Source of the DNA: Legionellales bacterium
Lineage (GTDB): Bacteria; Pseudomonadota; Gammaproteobacteria; Eutrophobiales; Eutrophobiaceae
DNA: 47,505 nt
Direction: 5' to 3'
NCBI GenBank assembly: GCA_002692205.1
Contig: NZJM01000015.1
Span: 1 to 47,505, forward strand
Shown piece by piece: positions 7,451-17,378 of this stretch. A program made the translations under genes and the position numbers. Every line of letters begins with the position of its first letter. Within the stretch, counting starts at the first letter, position 1. The notes beneath the pieces are model-generated. The model ran no database searches. It saw only the letters and a list, made by a program, of their open reading frames with translations, and had not been told where the DNA came from.

Positions 7451-8506
7451 TTACACTTTTCTTTTTTTACTTGCCTTTGCAAAAGTTTCGATTAATTCAA
7501 TTGTATTTTCCCATCCGAGGCAGGCATCTGTAATGCTTTGGCCATAAATAAGCTCATGACCAGGTTTTACATCTTGTCTACCTGCAACCAAATGACTTTC
7601 AATCATTACACCAATTATTCTGTTATCACCACCCCTAACTTGTTTAGCAACTTCGTTACCTACTTCAATTTGTGCATCATACTCTTTTCGACTATTTGCA
7701 TGACTGAGATCAATCATTACATTTGCAACAAGTTTTGCTGCCTCTAATTCATCAGATACTTTATTTATATGATTGGCATCATAGTTTGGTTCTTTGCCAC
7801 CTCGCAAAATTATATGTGTATCTGGGTTTCCTTGAGTCGTAACGATCGCTGCATTACCACCATCTTTTCGAATGGATAGAAAATGATGAGGTCTTGTAGC
7901 CGCATTTATTGCATCTACCGCAATCTTTGTGGTTCCATATGTCCCGTTTTTAAATCCAACCGGGCAAGATAGCCCCGATGCCAGCTCTCGATGAACTTGA
8001 CTCTCAGTTGTTCTAGCACCAATAGCTCCCCAGCTTATCAAATCAGTAACATATTGTGGTGTAATTAAATCTAGATATTCTGTTCCTGCCGGCACACCCA
8101 TTTCGTTAAGATCTAAAAGCAGTTTTCTTGCTAGCCGTAATCCTTTATTAATATTAAAACTATTGTCTAATGAAGGATCATTGATAAGTCCTTTCCAACC
8201 AACTGTAGTTCTTGGTTTTTCAAAGTAAACACGCATGATAATCAGAAGATCTTCGGAGTACTTTTCAATTAAGGGTTTTAATTTGGAAGCATACTCTTTT
8301 GCAGCTGAAACATCATGAATTGAGCATGGCCCGGTTATCACAATTAATCTTTTATCATTCCCATGTAAAATGTTATGAATTGCATCACGTGTCAAAGCTG
8401 TAGTTTTTGCAGCCTGTTCAGTAATAGGAATTTCTTTACATACCTCAAGCGGTGTTGTAACAGCTTTAATTGATTCAATTCTTAAATCATCGGTTTTATA
8501 ATTCAT
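7451..8506 (-). CDS. 3-deoxy-7-phosphoheptulonate (DAHP) synthase, class I (AroF/G/H type)
   Basis: 351 aa with RLIVITGPCSIHD, EKPRTTVGWKGLINDP, GARTTESQVHRELASGLS and IMIESHL. The isozyme (feedback specificity) cannot be assigned from sequence alone. Confidence 0.92.
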   Translation of the reverse strand: MNYKTDDLRIESIKAVTTPLEVCKEIPITEQAAKTTALTRDAIHNILHGNDKRLIVITGPCSIHDVSAAKEYASKLKPLIEKYSEDLLIIMRVYFEKPRTTVGWKGLINDPSLDNSFNINKGLRLARKLLLDLNEMGVPAGTEYLDLITPQYVTDLISWGAIGARTTESQVHRELASGLSCPVGFKNGTYGTTKIAVDAINAATRPHHFLSIRKDGGNAAIVTTQGNPDTHIILRGGKEPNYDANHINKVSDELEAAKLVANVMIDLSHANSRKEYDAQIEVGNEVAKQVRGGDNRIIGVMIESHLVAGRQDVKPGHELIYGQSITDACLGWENTIELIETFAKASKKRKV

Positions 8507-8537
8507 AATAAAATTTTCTTCTGTTAGTTAAAATTTT

Positions 8538-8879
8538 TTAACCTGGCGGCCAGTTAAAATCACGACCTGCGAGTATGTGTATATGTAGATGAAAGACAGT
8601 TTGACCCGCATCCTCCCCATTATTTACAACTAATCTAAAAGCCTCACCGTAGCCTTGTTCTTTTGCGATATCCCCTGCCACAAGAAAAAGATGGCCTAGC
8701 AAATCTCTTTCACTTTTCGATGCATCACTAATTTTTTCTATTGGTTTTTTTGGTATAACCAGTATATGAAGTGGCGCATGGGGATTAATATCTTTAAAAG
8801 CGAGACATAAATCATCTTCGTAGACTATATCAGCTGCTATTTCACGGTTAATAATTTTTGTAAATAAAGTATCTGTCAT
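8538..8879 (-). CDS. HIT (histidine triad) family nucleotide-binding protein, HinT-like
   Basis: 113 aa with LFTKIINREI near the N-terminus and the triad HLHIHIL. Confidence 0.88.
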   Translation of the reverse strand: MTDTLFTKIINREIAADIVYEDDLCLAFKDINPHAPLHILVIPKKPIEKISDASKSERDLLGHLFLVAGDIAKEQGYGEAFRLVVNNGEDAGQTVFHLHIHILAGRDFNWPPG

Positions 8880-9028
8880 TGCAATTTTCTAATCTTTATA
8901 TTTGAATATAAGCGAGCAGCGATTATAGCGCTATATTATTATAAATTAAAAATTTTATTGGTTTATATTATAAGTTTATTTGACTTTTTCTTTACTTATT
9001 GGGTTATAGATGGTGTGAAACTAAATAA

Positions 9029-10213
9029 TTAGAAATTGTGGATGGGATATGAGCCACTAAGCCTCTTGAAATTTAACTGTTTTACAAGCGTGTAATTATA
9101 GAGCTCCTCCGTGACTAGTTTATTATTTTTGGACAAGTGAGTATTTTTATTTTCCGAGTCAAGTGTATTGAAGGAGGAGATAATTGAGTAGGTAATTAGA
9201 TTATTTGAAAATATTCTGCTCAATTCATTTTTTATGATTAAGTTTCTATATTTTTTTATTGCTAAAAAAATCTTTTCTGTAGTTAGTTTAGGCTGGTCCA
9301 GATGAATATGATGACCACTTTTATCAGCAAAATAATGAGTTGAATTATTACTTATATTCTCTAAGTCATATTGAAGTTTTGTCCATTGTTGCTCTCGTCG
9401 GTTTCCAAACACATTATTTGGCCAGACTCTTTTACCGCGAGTTATTATGATAGTTGGAAAATTGTATGATTCATTATGAGAACGTTCTGCTAGTTGAATC
9501 GCGCTAGTTTCCATATTTTCAAGTTCATTCAATAGAGTTCTGATAGATTTTTTTGTTGTCATTAATATATATGCAACCCTTTTATTCTCTTTAGGATAGT
9601 TAATTGACATAATCGGTTTTATTATATTTATACGTCGTCTTAAATTCTTTTTTTTATTTATTTTTTTTATTTTATTTTTTTTAAATTCTTCAGTTTTGAA
9701 TTGCATGGGATGAGATGAATCTATTAGTACTAGGCCAGCAGTAAGCTTAGGATATTCGCTAGCAAAGTAACGCATATTAAAACCACCAAACGAATGACCA
9801 ACCAATAAATAGGGCCCGGGTATATTTGCCTGAGTTAATAGAATTTTTAATTCCTTAGTAATACGAGCTGTTGTTCTGGGCTTAGGCCCGGTATCACTCC
9901 AGCCATAACCTGCGCGGTCATAGCTGCATACTTTGAAATTTTTATCGGCCAAGTTTTTTTGCACACTAGCCCATTCGAGAGAAAATCCACCAATTCCCGA
10001 GTCGAGAATAATCGTCGGTGCTCCTTCACCAATACAGTTGATATGTAAACGATGCGATCCAATATTAATTAGCTTACCTTTATAGAAAGGTTCGTTTGCT
10101 TCAACGCACGTTATGACTGAAGGAGTAGCGAGGATAAGCAGTAACAGAGAAAGTCTGAAATGCCATAGGTTTGATCTATTTGCATTGCAATTGAGCAAGC
10201 TCACAGTTGGCAT
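9029..10213 (-). CDS. Secreted alpha/beta-fold hydrolase with a Lys-rich cap insertion and a C-terminal extension of about 70 aa
   Basis: Signal-like N-terminus, oxyanion region PTIILDSGIGG, nucleophile elbow GHSFGG and C-terminal SGHHIHLDQP (catalytic His). The insertion is KKNKIKKINKKKNLRRR. Confidence 0.8.
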   Translation of the reverse strand: MPTVSLLNCNANRSNLWHFRLSLLLLILATPSVITCVEANEPFYKGKLINIGSHRLHINCIGEGAPTIILDSGIGGFSLEWASVQKNLADKNFKVCSYDRAGYGWSDTGPKPRTTARITKELKILLTQANIPGPYLLVGHSFGGFNMRYFASEYPKLTAGLVLIDSSHPMQFKTEEFKKNKIKKINKKKNLRRRINIIKPIMSINYPKENKRVAYILMTTKKSIRTLLNELENMETSAIQLAERSHNESYNFPTIIITRGKRVWPNNVFGNRREQQWTKLQYDLENISNNSTHYFADKSGHHIHLDQPKLTTEKIFLAIKKYRNLIIKNELSRIFSNNLITYSIISSFNTLDSENKNTHLSKNNKLVTEELYNYTLVKQLNFKRLSGSYPIHNF

Positions 10214-10386
10214 GATAAATTACTATGAAGAATTTTGCTACATTAATTTTATTATATAAATCATATATATATAGAATTTTATACAGATGAGTAATTCAAA
10301 GATTATCGAAGATTGTTTACACTAATGATGATTTTCATTACTCTTCATAAGAATTATAAAAATAGTTTAAAAAAAGGAGAAAATTC

Positions 10387-10869
10387 GTGCCAAAGGCCTG
10401 GGTATTAATGCCTGTATTGTTTCTAGTTAGTTTAAAATCTTTAGCAATAGAGCCCATACTAGATCAACAAGCGACACTTTATTTTAATATGTCTTTTGAT
10501 GCTGGTTATAAAAAAACATTGGTGAGTAATTATGGTTTGAGATTTGATAGAGGTTTGATTCAACCAGATAGCGTAATGACAATAAACCAATTAACCACAA
10601 AGTCAGCAATATTTGATTTACAACTTAATAAATATGGTATCAAAGCTATAGAATTAAATGGAATTAATTACATCGATGATAATTATATATATAACGCTAC
10701 TGAAGCTGATACTGAAGTAGTGACAGAAAATGCAGAAGAGACTGTAGACGAGCCTAAAAAGAAAACAAAAGGATTAACACATTACATTAACAAGGCTCCA
10801 ACAGGTGTACTAATAGGAATTATTATAGGTGTTGTCGCGCTTGTGGATAGTACTTCCTCTGGAAAATAA
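10387..10869 (+). CDS. Hypothetical exported protein with acidic linker and C-terminal TM anchor
   Basis: GTG start 7 nt after AAGGAG. It has an N-terminal signal-like segment, the acidic stretch EADTEVVTENAEETVDEP and the C-terminal helix GVLIGIIIGVVALV. No family recognised. Confidence 0.55.
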   Translation: MPKAWVLMPVLFLVSLKSLAIEPILDQQATLYFNMSFDAGYKKTLVSNYGLRFDRGLIQPDSVMTINQLTTKSAIFDLQLNKYGIKAIELNGINYIDDNYIYNATEADTEVVTENAEETVDEPKKKTKGLTHYINKAPTGVLIGIIIGVVALVDSTSSGK

Positions 10870-10922
10870 TCAGAAATAAAAAGATTTCATTACTTTGTAA
10901 AAACAGTTAAATGGAGACTATT

Positions 10923-11582
10923 ATGTCATTAAGAATAAATGATGAAGCACCGAATTTTACTGCTAAAACAACTCACGGAGAGATCGATTTCCATAATTGG
11001 ATTGGAGATCAATGGGCAGTTTTGTTCTCACATCCAAAAGATTTTACTCCAGTTTGCACAACTGAACTTGGTTATATGGCAGGTCTTGAACCAGAATTTG
11101 AAAAAAGAAATTGTAAAATAATTGGTCTGAGTATTGACCCTGTAGAAAATCATAAAGAATGGGCTAAAGATATCGAGGAGACACAAGGACATGCAGTTAA
11201 TTACCCTATGATTGGCGACAGTAAATTAGAGGTTGCTAAACTATATAATATGCTACCAGCTGATGAATCTGGGACGTCAGAAGGCAGAACAGCTATGAAT
11301 AATGCAACCGTACGTTCTGTTTTTATTATAGGTCCAGATAGAAAAATAAAACTTATGTTAACTTACCCTATGACAACTGGTCGTAATTTTGATGAAATTT
11401 TACGCGTGCTGGATTCAATGCAATTAACAGGAAAGCATAAGGTGGCAACCCCAGTAAATTGGAAAAATGGCGATGACGTTATAATTATTCCAGCAGTATC
11501 AGATAAAGAGGCCGAAGAGATGTTCCCCAATGGCTGGGAGACAGTTAAGCCTTATTTGCGAAAGGTTAAACAGCCTAAATAG
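10923..11582 (+). CDS. Peroxiredoxin, 1-Cys (Prx6-like)
   Basis: LRINDEAPNF...WAVLFSHPKDFTPVCTTELG peroxidatic Cys motif, about 220 aa. ATG 10923 is preferred over ATG 10911 because GGAGA lies 5 nt upstream of it. Confidence 0.88.
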   Translation: MSLRINDEAPNFTAKTTHGEIDFHNWIGDQWAVLFSHPKDFTPVCTTELGYMAGLEPEFEKRNCKIIGLSIDPVENHKEWAKDIEETQGHAVNYPMIGDSKLEVAKLYNMLPADESGTSEGRTAMNNATVRSVFIIGPDRKIKLMLTYPMTTGRNFDEILRVLDSMQLTGKHKVATPVNWKNGDDVIIIPAVSDKEAEEMFPNGWETVKPYLRKVKQPK

Positions 11583-11588
11583 CTCTCT

Positions 11589-12128
11589 ATGAAAGATCTG
11601 AATTATATGAATTACACACGCAATAAGAAAATTTTATTTTTTGTTTTGATTTTATGTACTCAAATAATATCATGCGCTAAAGAGACCAACCCAAAAAAAG
11701 CTTTTGATAGCGGTGATTATAAAACCTCATTTGATATATGGACAATACAAGCGAAACAGGGGAATGTAGAAGCACAAAATTATATTGGTATACATTATTA
11801 CGTCGGATTAGGCGTAGATAAAGACTACCAAAAAGCGTTTATGTGGTATGAAAAAGCTGCGAAAGCAGGTAATTTACATGCTCAACGTAATATTGCTGAT
11901 ATGTATAATTATGCCAGAGGTGTGAAAAAAGATATTTATTTGGCTTTTATGTGGTACTTCGCATCGTATCAACAAGGAAATGATAGAGCAAAATCTCAAA
12001 TTGATAATATTATTGCATTAGGACAGATGTCACCAAATATGCAATTACACGCAAAGATTGCATCGAATGAGTATATAACTGATAAAGAAAATCATTTTAA
12101 TAGCTATGATACTTACATTGAAAAATGA
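11589..12128 (+). CDS. Sel1-repeat (SLR/TPR-like) lipoprotein
   Basis: Lipobox-like LILCTQIISC, then three Sel1-type repeats (AQNYIGIHYYVGLGVDKDYQKAFMWYEKAAKAGNLHAQRNIADMYNYARGVKKD...). Confidence 0.75.
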   Translation: MKDLNYMNYTRNKKILFFVLILCTQIISCAKETNPKKAFDSGDYKTSFDIWTIQAKQGNVEAQNYIGIHYYVGLGVDKDYQKAFMWYEKAAKAGNLHAQRNIADMYNYARGVKKDIYLAFMWYFASYQQGNDRAKSQIDNIIALGQMSPNMQLHAKIASNEYITDKENHFNSYDTYIEK

Positions 12129-12155
12129 AAATGGCCTATAGTTGAAAGAGTTTAC

Positions 12156-12554
12156 TTAATTATTTTTGACTCTAGATAAAACAGCACATCCTACGGTAGC
12201 ATCGATTCCAGATTCGACATAACAAGCACTGATTTTATTTTTTTCGAGGATTTTACCAATATTGTACCCTCTACTATTGGAGGCAACCCAGGTTATGGTT
12301 TTATTATCAGGATGGATAATACCATAGAAATTTTTTGTTCCATCTGAATATGTAAAATGACCTTTAAATCTTCTATCAGTTTGTTCAGTAATTTTTACGT
12401 TTTTCTCCCAAGTTTTCATACCTTTCAATTCTGAGAATGTGTCATTTTTGCCACTCCACATGCCGATTAAATTTGGGATGTTTTCAGCATTTGTATTTTT
12501 AGTTATTGCTAAGAAAATTATAATAGTAATTGTAAGAAATTTTTTCATATTCAA
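12156..12554 (-). CDS. Hypothetical secreted protein
   Basis: 132 aa with signal peptide MNMKKFLTITIIIFLAITKNTNA, a beta-rich mature part and two C-terminal Cys. No family recognised. Confidence 0.5.
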   Translation of the reverse strand: MNMKKFLTITIIIFLAITKNTNAENIPNLIGMWSGKNDTFSELKGMKTWEKNVKITEQTDRRFKGHFTYSDGTKNFYGIIHPDNKTITWVASNSRGYNIGKILEKNKISACYVESGIDATVGCAVLSRVKNN

Positions 12555-12681
12555 TATGTTTTAATATTATTTATAAATGTTATAGGATTTTTGTTTATGT
12601 TATTTGCAATCAATCATTAGAAAATATTTTTTAAACTATCGATATTGTGTCATACCTTCGACATTTAACCAATGATTTAAA

Positions 12682-12758
12682 TGGTGGGCCCGGTAGGACT
12701 TGAACCTACGACCAATGGATTATGAGTCCACTGCTCTAACCAACTGAGCTACAGGCCC
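12682..12758 (-). tRNA. ileX: tRNA(CAU), most likely tRNA-Ile2 (lysidine-modified, ileX-like)
   Basis: Reverse complement is GGGCCTG TA GCTC AGTTGGTTA GAGC A GTGGA CTCATAA TCCAT TGGTC GTAGG TTCAAGT CCTAC CGGGCCC ACCA. The C4-G69/C5-G68 and G27-U43 pairs match E. coli tRNA-Ile2 features. It lies 13 nt downstream of rpoD, comparable to where I recall ileX lying in E. coli. Confidence 0.75.
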
Positions 12759-12771
12759 ATAGACAAGTTAC

Positions 12772-14619
12772 CTATGTATCAAGAAAAGTTTTTAGCTGAT
12801 CTGATCGGGATGGATGTCTTAGCTTACGTAATGCTTTTGCCTCAATTTGCCTGATGCGTTCACGGGTAACATCAAATTGTTTACCTACTTCTTCAAGTGT
12901 GTGATCCGTATTCATATCAATACCGAAACGCATTCTAAGCACTTTAGCTTCACGCTGGGTAAGCCCTTCAAGCGCATCTATTGTAGTTCTTCGTAATCCC
13001 TCAAACCCGGCTGAGTCATTCGGTGACATTTGATTGGCATCCTCAATAAAATCTCCAAGATGGGAATCCTCATCATCGCCGATGGGTGTTTCCATGGAGA
13101 TAGGTTCTTTTGCAATTTTTAATACTTTACGCACTTTATCTTCCGGTAATTCCATGCGCTCTGATAATTCTTCAGGTGTTGGTTCTCTTCCCATTTCTTG
13201 AAGAATTTGCCTAGAAATGCGATTCAATTTATTTATTGTCTCAATCATATGGACTGGTATTCGAATAGTACGAGCCTGATCAGCAATAGAGCGCGTGATT
13301 GCTTGGCGTATCCACCATGTAGCATAAGTCGAAAATTTATATCCACGACGATATTCAAATTTATCAACAGCTTTCATTAATCCGATATTTCCCTCTTGAA
13401 TAAGATCGAGGAAAAGTAATCCTCGGTTTGTGTATTTTTTAGCAATAGATATTACTAGTCTTAAGTTAGCCTCAACCATCTCCTTTTTGGCTCGTCTTGC
13501 TTTTGCTTCACCAATTGATACTTTTCGATTAATTTCTTTCATTTCTGCTATATCAAGTATTGAATCACCGAATATTGAACCCAATTTTTGTTGGGCATCA
13601 GTTATCTCATTTTCATATTCCTTTAGTTTTTCTACATAATTAGCGTCACTTTTTAAAACAGTTTTTACCCATTTTGGGTTAGCTTCATTTCCAGAAAAGC
13701 TTTGAATGAATTCCTTTCTTGGCATCTTTGCATCTTTCACACAAAGCTTCATTATTTTGCGTTCATTAAATCTAATATGATCTATCAAATCTCGAAGATT
13801 TTCTGTTAGTAGATAAATAAATTTTGGAGATAAACGAAGTTCAAGAAACCATTGACTTAGATTATTTTCAATTGTTTTGGTTTTTGCATGATTTTTTCCA
13901 TTACGCTTAATTGATTTAACAAATGTAGTGTGGAGTTTCTTAAGTTTTGTAATGTGATCTTTAAATTCTTCAGGTGTGAGAACCTCTTCCTCTTCCTCTT
14001 CCTCATTTTCTGCATCCTCAGGATTAATTTCGGTTGGGTTTGCTACCACAATACCTTCATCAGGATATTCTTCTGTATCATTAAACCCAACAATTACATC
14101 AGCTAATTTGATTTTTTCTTGAAGAATTGCATCATAGTATTCAAGCAATGTTATTACCGTACCCGGGTAACTTGATAATGATGCAAGTACTTGGTGTATG
14201 CCTTCTTCTATACGTTTGGCTATTTTTATTTCACCTTCTCGCGTCAGTAAATCCACTGTCCCCATTTCACGCATATACATTCTTACCGGGTCTGTTGTGC
14301 GACCAAATTCATTCTCCATATTGGCCAGAGCAGCAGCAGCCTCTGCTGCAGCATCCTCATCTGGTACATTTGCTGCGTCAGTTATTTGGTTGTCCGTATC
14401 AGGCGGCGACTCGTAAACTGTGATACCCATGTCATTTATCATGTTTACTATGTCTTCAATTTGCTCAGACTCAATAATCCCATCAGGTAGATGGTCGTTT
14501 ACTTCTGCATAGGTTAGAAACCCCTGCTCCTTTCCTTTGGCGATGAGAACCTTGAGTTGCGATTTTTCGTCATTTTGGATTTTCTTTTCTGGTTTGTTCA
14601 TATGATTTTGTAAGCTCAA
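12772..14619 (-). CDS. rpoD: RNA polymerase primary sigma factor sigma-70
   Basis: 615 aa with the region 1 acidic stretch, region 2 [27 protein letters not shown] and region 4 [15 protein letters not shown]...[28 protein letters not shown]. Confidence 0.97.
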   Translation of the reverse strand: MSLQNHMNKPEKKIQNDEKSQLKVLIAKGKEQGFLTYAEVNDHLPDGIIESEQIEDIVNMINDMGITVYESPPDTDNQITDAANVPDEDAAAEAAAALANMENEFGRTTDPVRMYMREMGTVDLLTREGEIKIAKRIEEGIHQVLASLSSYPGTVITLLEYYDAILQEKIKLADVIVGFNDTEEYPDEGIVVANPTEINPEDAENEEEEEEEVLTPEEFKDHITKLKKLHTTFVKSIKRNGKNHAKTKTIENNLSQWFLELRLSPKFIYLLTENLRDLIDHIRFNERKIMKLCVKDAKMPRKEFIQSFSGNEANPKWVKTVLKSDANYVEKLKEYENEITDAQQKLGSIFGDSILDIAEMKEINRKVSIGEAKARRAKKEMVEANLRLVISIAKKYTNRGLLFLDLIQEGNIGLMKAVDKFEYRRGYKFSTYATWWIRQAITRSIADQARTIRIPVHMIETINKLNRISRQILQEMGREPTPEELSERMELPEDKVRKVLKIAKEPISMETPIGDDEDSHLGDFIEDANQMSPNDSAGFEGLRRTTIDALEGLTQREAKVLRMRFGIDMNTDHTLEEVGKQFDVTRERIRQIEAKALRKLRHPSRSDQLKTFLDT

Positions 14620-14746
14620 ATTCTTAATGATGATTAACTGATATCAGGTTATAGATGCTTGATTAGCTTAGATTTTTATTTTAGCACAACACTAAATCCT
14701 AGCATATCTGAGTAATCTACGCTAGATAATATTAAGAAAATATTCA

Positions 14747-16501
14747 TTAATCCTCTGAAGATTTCTGCATTTCGCGGTATTTAGCCCTCTCTTCTTCTGT
14801 CAGTTCGATAGGACTTGTTTTTGTTTTGAACGTTTCAAATTTCTTTTGATGTGTATCAATTAGACCATCGATTGCATCCATGAATACTTCATTCGTGACG
14901 CCAATTTCCTTAAATTCCTCTTCATCCGATGCAAGCTCAAACAAACGCTTTTCAAATTTTGTATCACGCCAGTTTTCAAGAAGGCCTGCTAAGCTTATAT
15001 CAGGATTTTTTTTAATAAGCTCTATCATTCCACATAAAAAATTTACACCTGGAGATTTTATAGCAGACAAAGAAATAGTATCAGTAACTTCAAGAGCAAG
15101 TTTTGGTTGGTGTAATAGACAGCGTATTAGCCAACGAATCTTTTCAATTCCTTTATTTTGATTAGCTGTTGTTATATTTTTATTAATTATTTTTTTATCA
15201 GATTTTTTAGATTTTGATAGTTGATTTTTTATATCTGTAATCTCATAGCGAGTAATTTTGCTCAGTTCCTTTATGATAATATCTTTATATGGATCTGAGG
15301 GTAGTTTCTCTAGAAAAGGCAATGTTTTATTAATCATTTCAGATCTTCCTTCAAGAATTTCCAGATTTATTTTCTGACTTAAGGAACTAAATAAAAATTT
15401 AGATAACGGCACTTGCATTATTGGGTTAATAAATGATTCTTTACCATTTTTTCGAACAAAGCTATCTGGGTCTTCATTATCTGGTAAAAATATAAAATAT
15501 ACTTGTCTTCCATTTTTTAGAAGTGGTAATGAATTTTCTAGAGCACGCCACGCCGCTTTTTTCCCCGCAGTATCTCCATCAAAACAAAATACAAGTTTAT
15601 TTGTAATTCGTAACATTTTTTCTATATGCTCATGAGTTGCTGCCGTTCCAAGACTAGCTACGACATTTCTTATATCGAATTGCGCAAGAGCTATAACATC
15701 CATGTATCCCTCAACGATATATATTTCATGGAAATCTTTTAGTTTTTTTCTAGCTTGAGATAATCCGTATAGTTCTTGCCCTTTTTGAAAGATTGGTGTT
15801 TCAGGTGAATTCAAATACTTTGGATTATCATTGTTTAGTACTCTACCACCGAAACCAATTACACGATTACGTTGGTCTCGAATTGGAAATATAATACGAT
15901 CTCTAAAACGATCATATTGACCTCCTCGGTCATTCTTAATGGTAACCCCAATGTCTAATAAGTTTTTTTTAGATTCATCTGATTTACCTAAGACAGGGAC
16001 TAAGTTATCCCAACCAGGAGGGGCATAACCTAATTCAAACTCAGCTATGGTTTCTTTATTAATACCCCGTTTTTTTAAATATTTGCATGCTGTTTTTAAA
16101 TTTTTACTATCATTCAATTGCTCACGATAAAATTTGTTGACTAATTCCATTAGTTGATACAAATTTTTAGATTGTTTATTCGTGTCCAATGAATTATTTG
16201 CATCACGAGGTACTTCCATACCAACACGAGAAGCTAGATCTTCAACTGCATCAATGAAACCCATATGCAGGTGTTCCATTAAGAACGTAATTGCTGTTCC
16301 ACTCGCATTACAGCCAAAGCAATAATAAAATTGTTTTTCTTGGTTTACGCTGAACGATGGGGTTTTTTCGTCATGAAAAGGACAGCATGCTTTATGATTT
16401 CTGCCCGCCTTTTTTAAAGGAATATATGAATCAATAATATTGATAATATCAATACGAGCTAATAATTCGTTGATGAATTCTTGTGGTATCTTGCCAGCCA
16501 T
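14747..16501 (-). CDS. dnaG: DNA primase
   Basis: Zinc ribbon CPFHDEKTPSFSV...YYCFGC, TOPRIM region IVEGYMDVIAL...FDGDTAGKKAA, and a C-terminal DnaB-interaction domain. Confidence 0.96.
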   Translation of the reverse strand: MAGKIPQEFINELLARIDIINIIDSYIPLKKAGRNHKACCPFHDEKTPSFSVNQEKQFYYCFGCNASGTAITFLMEHLHMGFIDAVEDLASRVGMEVPRDANNSLDTNKQSKNLYQLMELVNKFYREQLNDSKNLKTACKYLKKRGINKETIAEFELGYAPPGWDNLVPVLGKSDESKKNLLDIGVTIKNDRGGQYDRFRDRIIFPIRDQRNRVIGFGGRVLNNDNPKYLNSPETPIFQKGQELYGLSQARKKLKDFHEIYIVEGYMDVIALAQFDIRNVVASLGTAATHEHIEKMLRITNKLVFCFDGDTAGKKAAWRALENSLPLLKNGRQVYFIFLPDNEDPDSFVRKNGKESFINPIMQVPLSKFLFSSLSQKINLEILEGRSEMINKTLPFLEKLPSDPYKDIIIKELSKITRYEITDIKNQLSKSKKSDKKIINKNITTANQNKGIEKIRWLIRCLLHQPKLALEVTDTISLSAIKSPGVNFLCGMIELIKKNPDISLAGLLENWRDTKFEKRLFELASDEEEFKEIGVTNEVFMDAIDGLIDTHQKKFETFKTKTSPIELTEEERAKYREMQKSSED

Positions 16502-16570
16502 AGTCTAAATAGTATAAACAGCACCCGACAAATGTTCGACAGAAAAGAATAATAAAGAAAAGATTTCTTT

Positions 16571-17020
16571 TTAATTACTAAGTTTAGCCTTAATTAATCG
16601 GCTTACATGACCCATATCAGCACGTCCCTGGAGCTTATCTTTTAATAATGCCATAATTTTACCCATATCTTTCAGGGAATTGGCGCCCACTTCTGATATA
16701 GCATTCTCAATTAATGAATTTATATCATCATTGGACAATTGTTCAGGCAAATAGGATTCGATAATATTGAGTTCTTGTTGTTCTTTTTCTATAAGATCAT
16801 TTCGATTTGCGCGACCAAATTGCTCTATAGAGTCTCGGTGCTGTTTGGCCATTTTATCAAGTATGGCAATAGTTTGTTCATCATTTAATTCAATACGTTC
16901 ATCAACTTCTTTTTGCTTGAGACCCGCTTGTATCAATCTTAGTGCTGCTAGACGCTCTTTATCCTTGCTGCGCATAGCTGATTTTACATCTTCAGTTATT
17001 TTATTTTTAATATCTGTCAA
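16571..17020 (-). CDS. GatB/YqeY domain-containing protein
   Basis: 149 aa, ...DVKSAMRSKDKERLAALRLIQAGLKQKEVDERIELNDEQ...SYLPEQLS..., typical YqeY. It sits between rpsU and dnaG. Confidence 0.88.
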   Translation of the reverse strand: MTDIKNKITEDVKSAMRSKDKERLAALRLIQAGLKQKEVDERIELNDEQTIAILDKMAKQHRDSIEQFGRANRNDLIEKEQQELNIIESYLPEQLSNDDINSLIENAISEVGANSLKDMGKIMALLKDKLQGRADMGHVSRLIKAKLSN

Positions 17021-17054
17021 TGTTAAAGGAGGGCGAATTTTGATGACTGGCTTT

Positions 17055-17270
17055 TTAGTAAGGACGTATACGATGTAATATATTTCTAGAAGCTTGCTTT
17101 TGAGAACGTTTCACTGCCGCTGCCGCTTTTCTTTTTCTCACTTGCGTTGGTTTTTCATAAAATTCATGACGATGAACATCAGCAAGAGTTCCCGCTTTTT
17201 CACATGCACGTTTAAATCTTCGCATAGCGATATCAAATGGCTCATTGTCTCTTACCTTAACTGAGGGCAT
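17055..17270 (-). CDS. rpsU: 30S ribosomal protein S21
   Basis: [48 protein letters not shown]..., 71 aa. Confidence 0.97.
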   Translation of the reverse strand: MPSVKVRDNEPFDIAMRRFKRACEKAGTLADVHRHEFYEKPTQVRKRKAAAAVKRSQKQASRNILHRIRPY

Positions 17271-17378
17271 AGTATATTTATTTCCTAATTTACTTTATGT
17301 GAAAAGGCGGACATTTTAGTGAGAATATGTGAAATTGCAATCCAAAAATTAATATTTTTCAACAAAATAGGGATATAA

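Noticed and set aside
8924-8935. A perfect 12-bp palindrome, TATAGCGCTATA, about 45-55 bp upstream of the HIT gene.
   Set aside because: A palindrome with 6-bp half-sites is expected repeatedly by chance in a window this size. It matches no known operator that I can name.
9010-9017. ATGGTGTG at the far end of the 9.0-12.6 kb block, resembling the tRNA-Ile2 3' end (ATGGTGGG). I considered it a possible att remnant.
   Set aside because: Only 6 contiguous matching bases (7 of 8) are present. That is too weak to distinguish from chance, and no mobility genes are present.
13198-14423. Several plus-strand ORFs (60-98 aa) inside rpoD. Similar nested ORFs occur in dnaG (14880-15161), yqeY (16767-17078), lysA (37140-37534), glnA (39057-39389, 40053-40367), ntrC (42341-42931) and rho (33647-34090).
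   Set aside because: All are nested antisense or off-frame in well-supported conserved genes and lack recognisable domains or translation signals. I treat them as non-coding.
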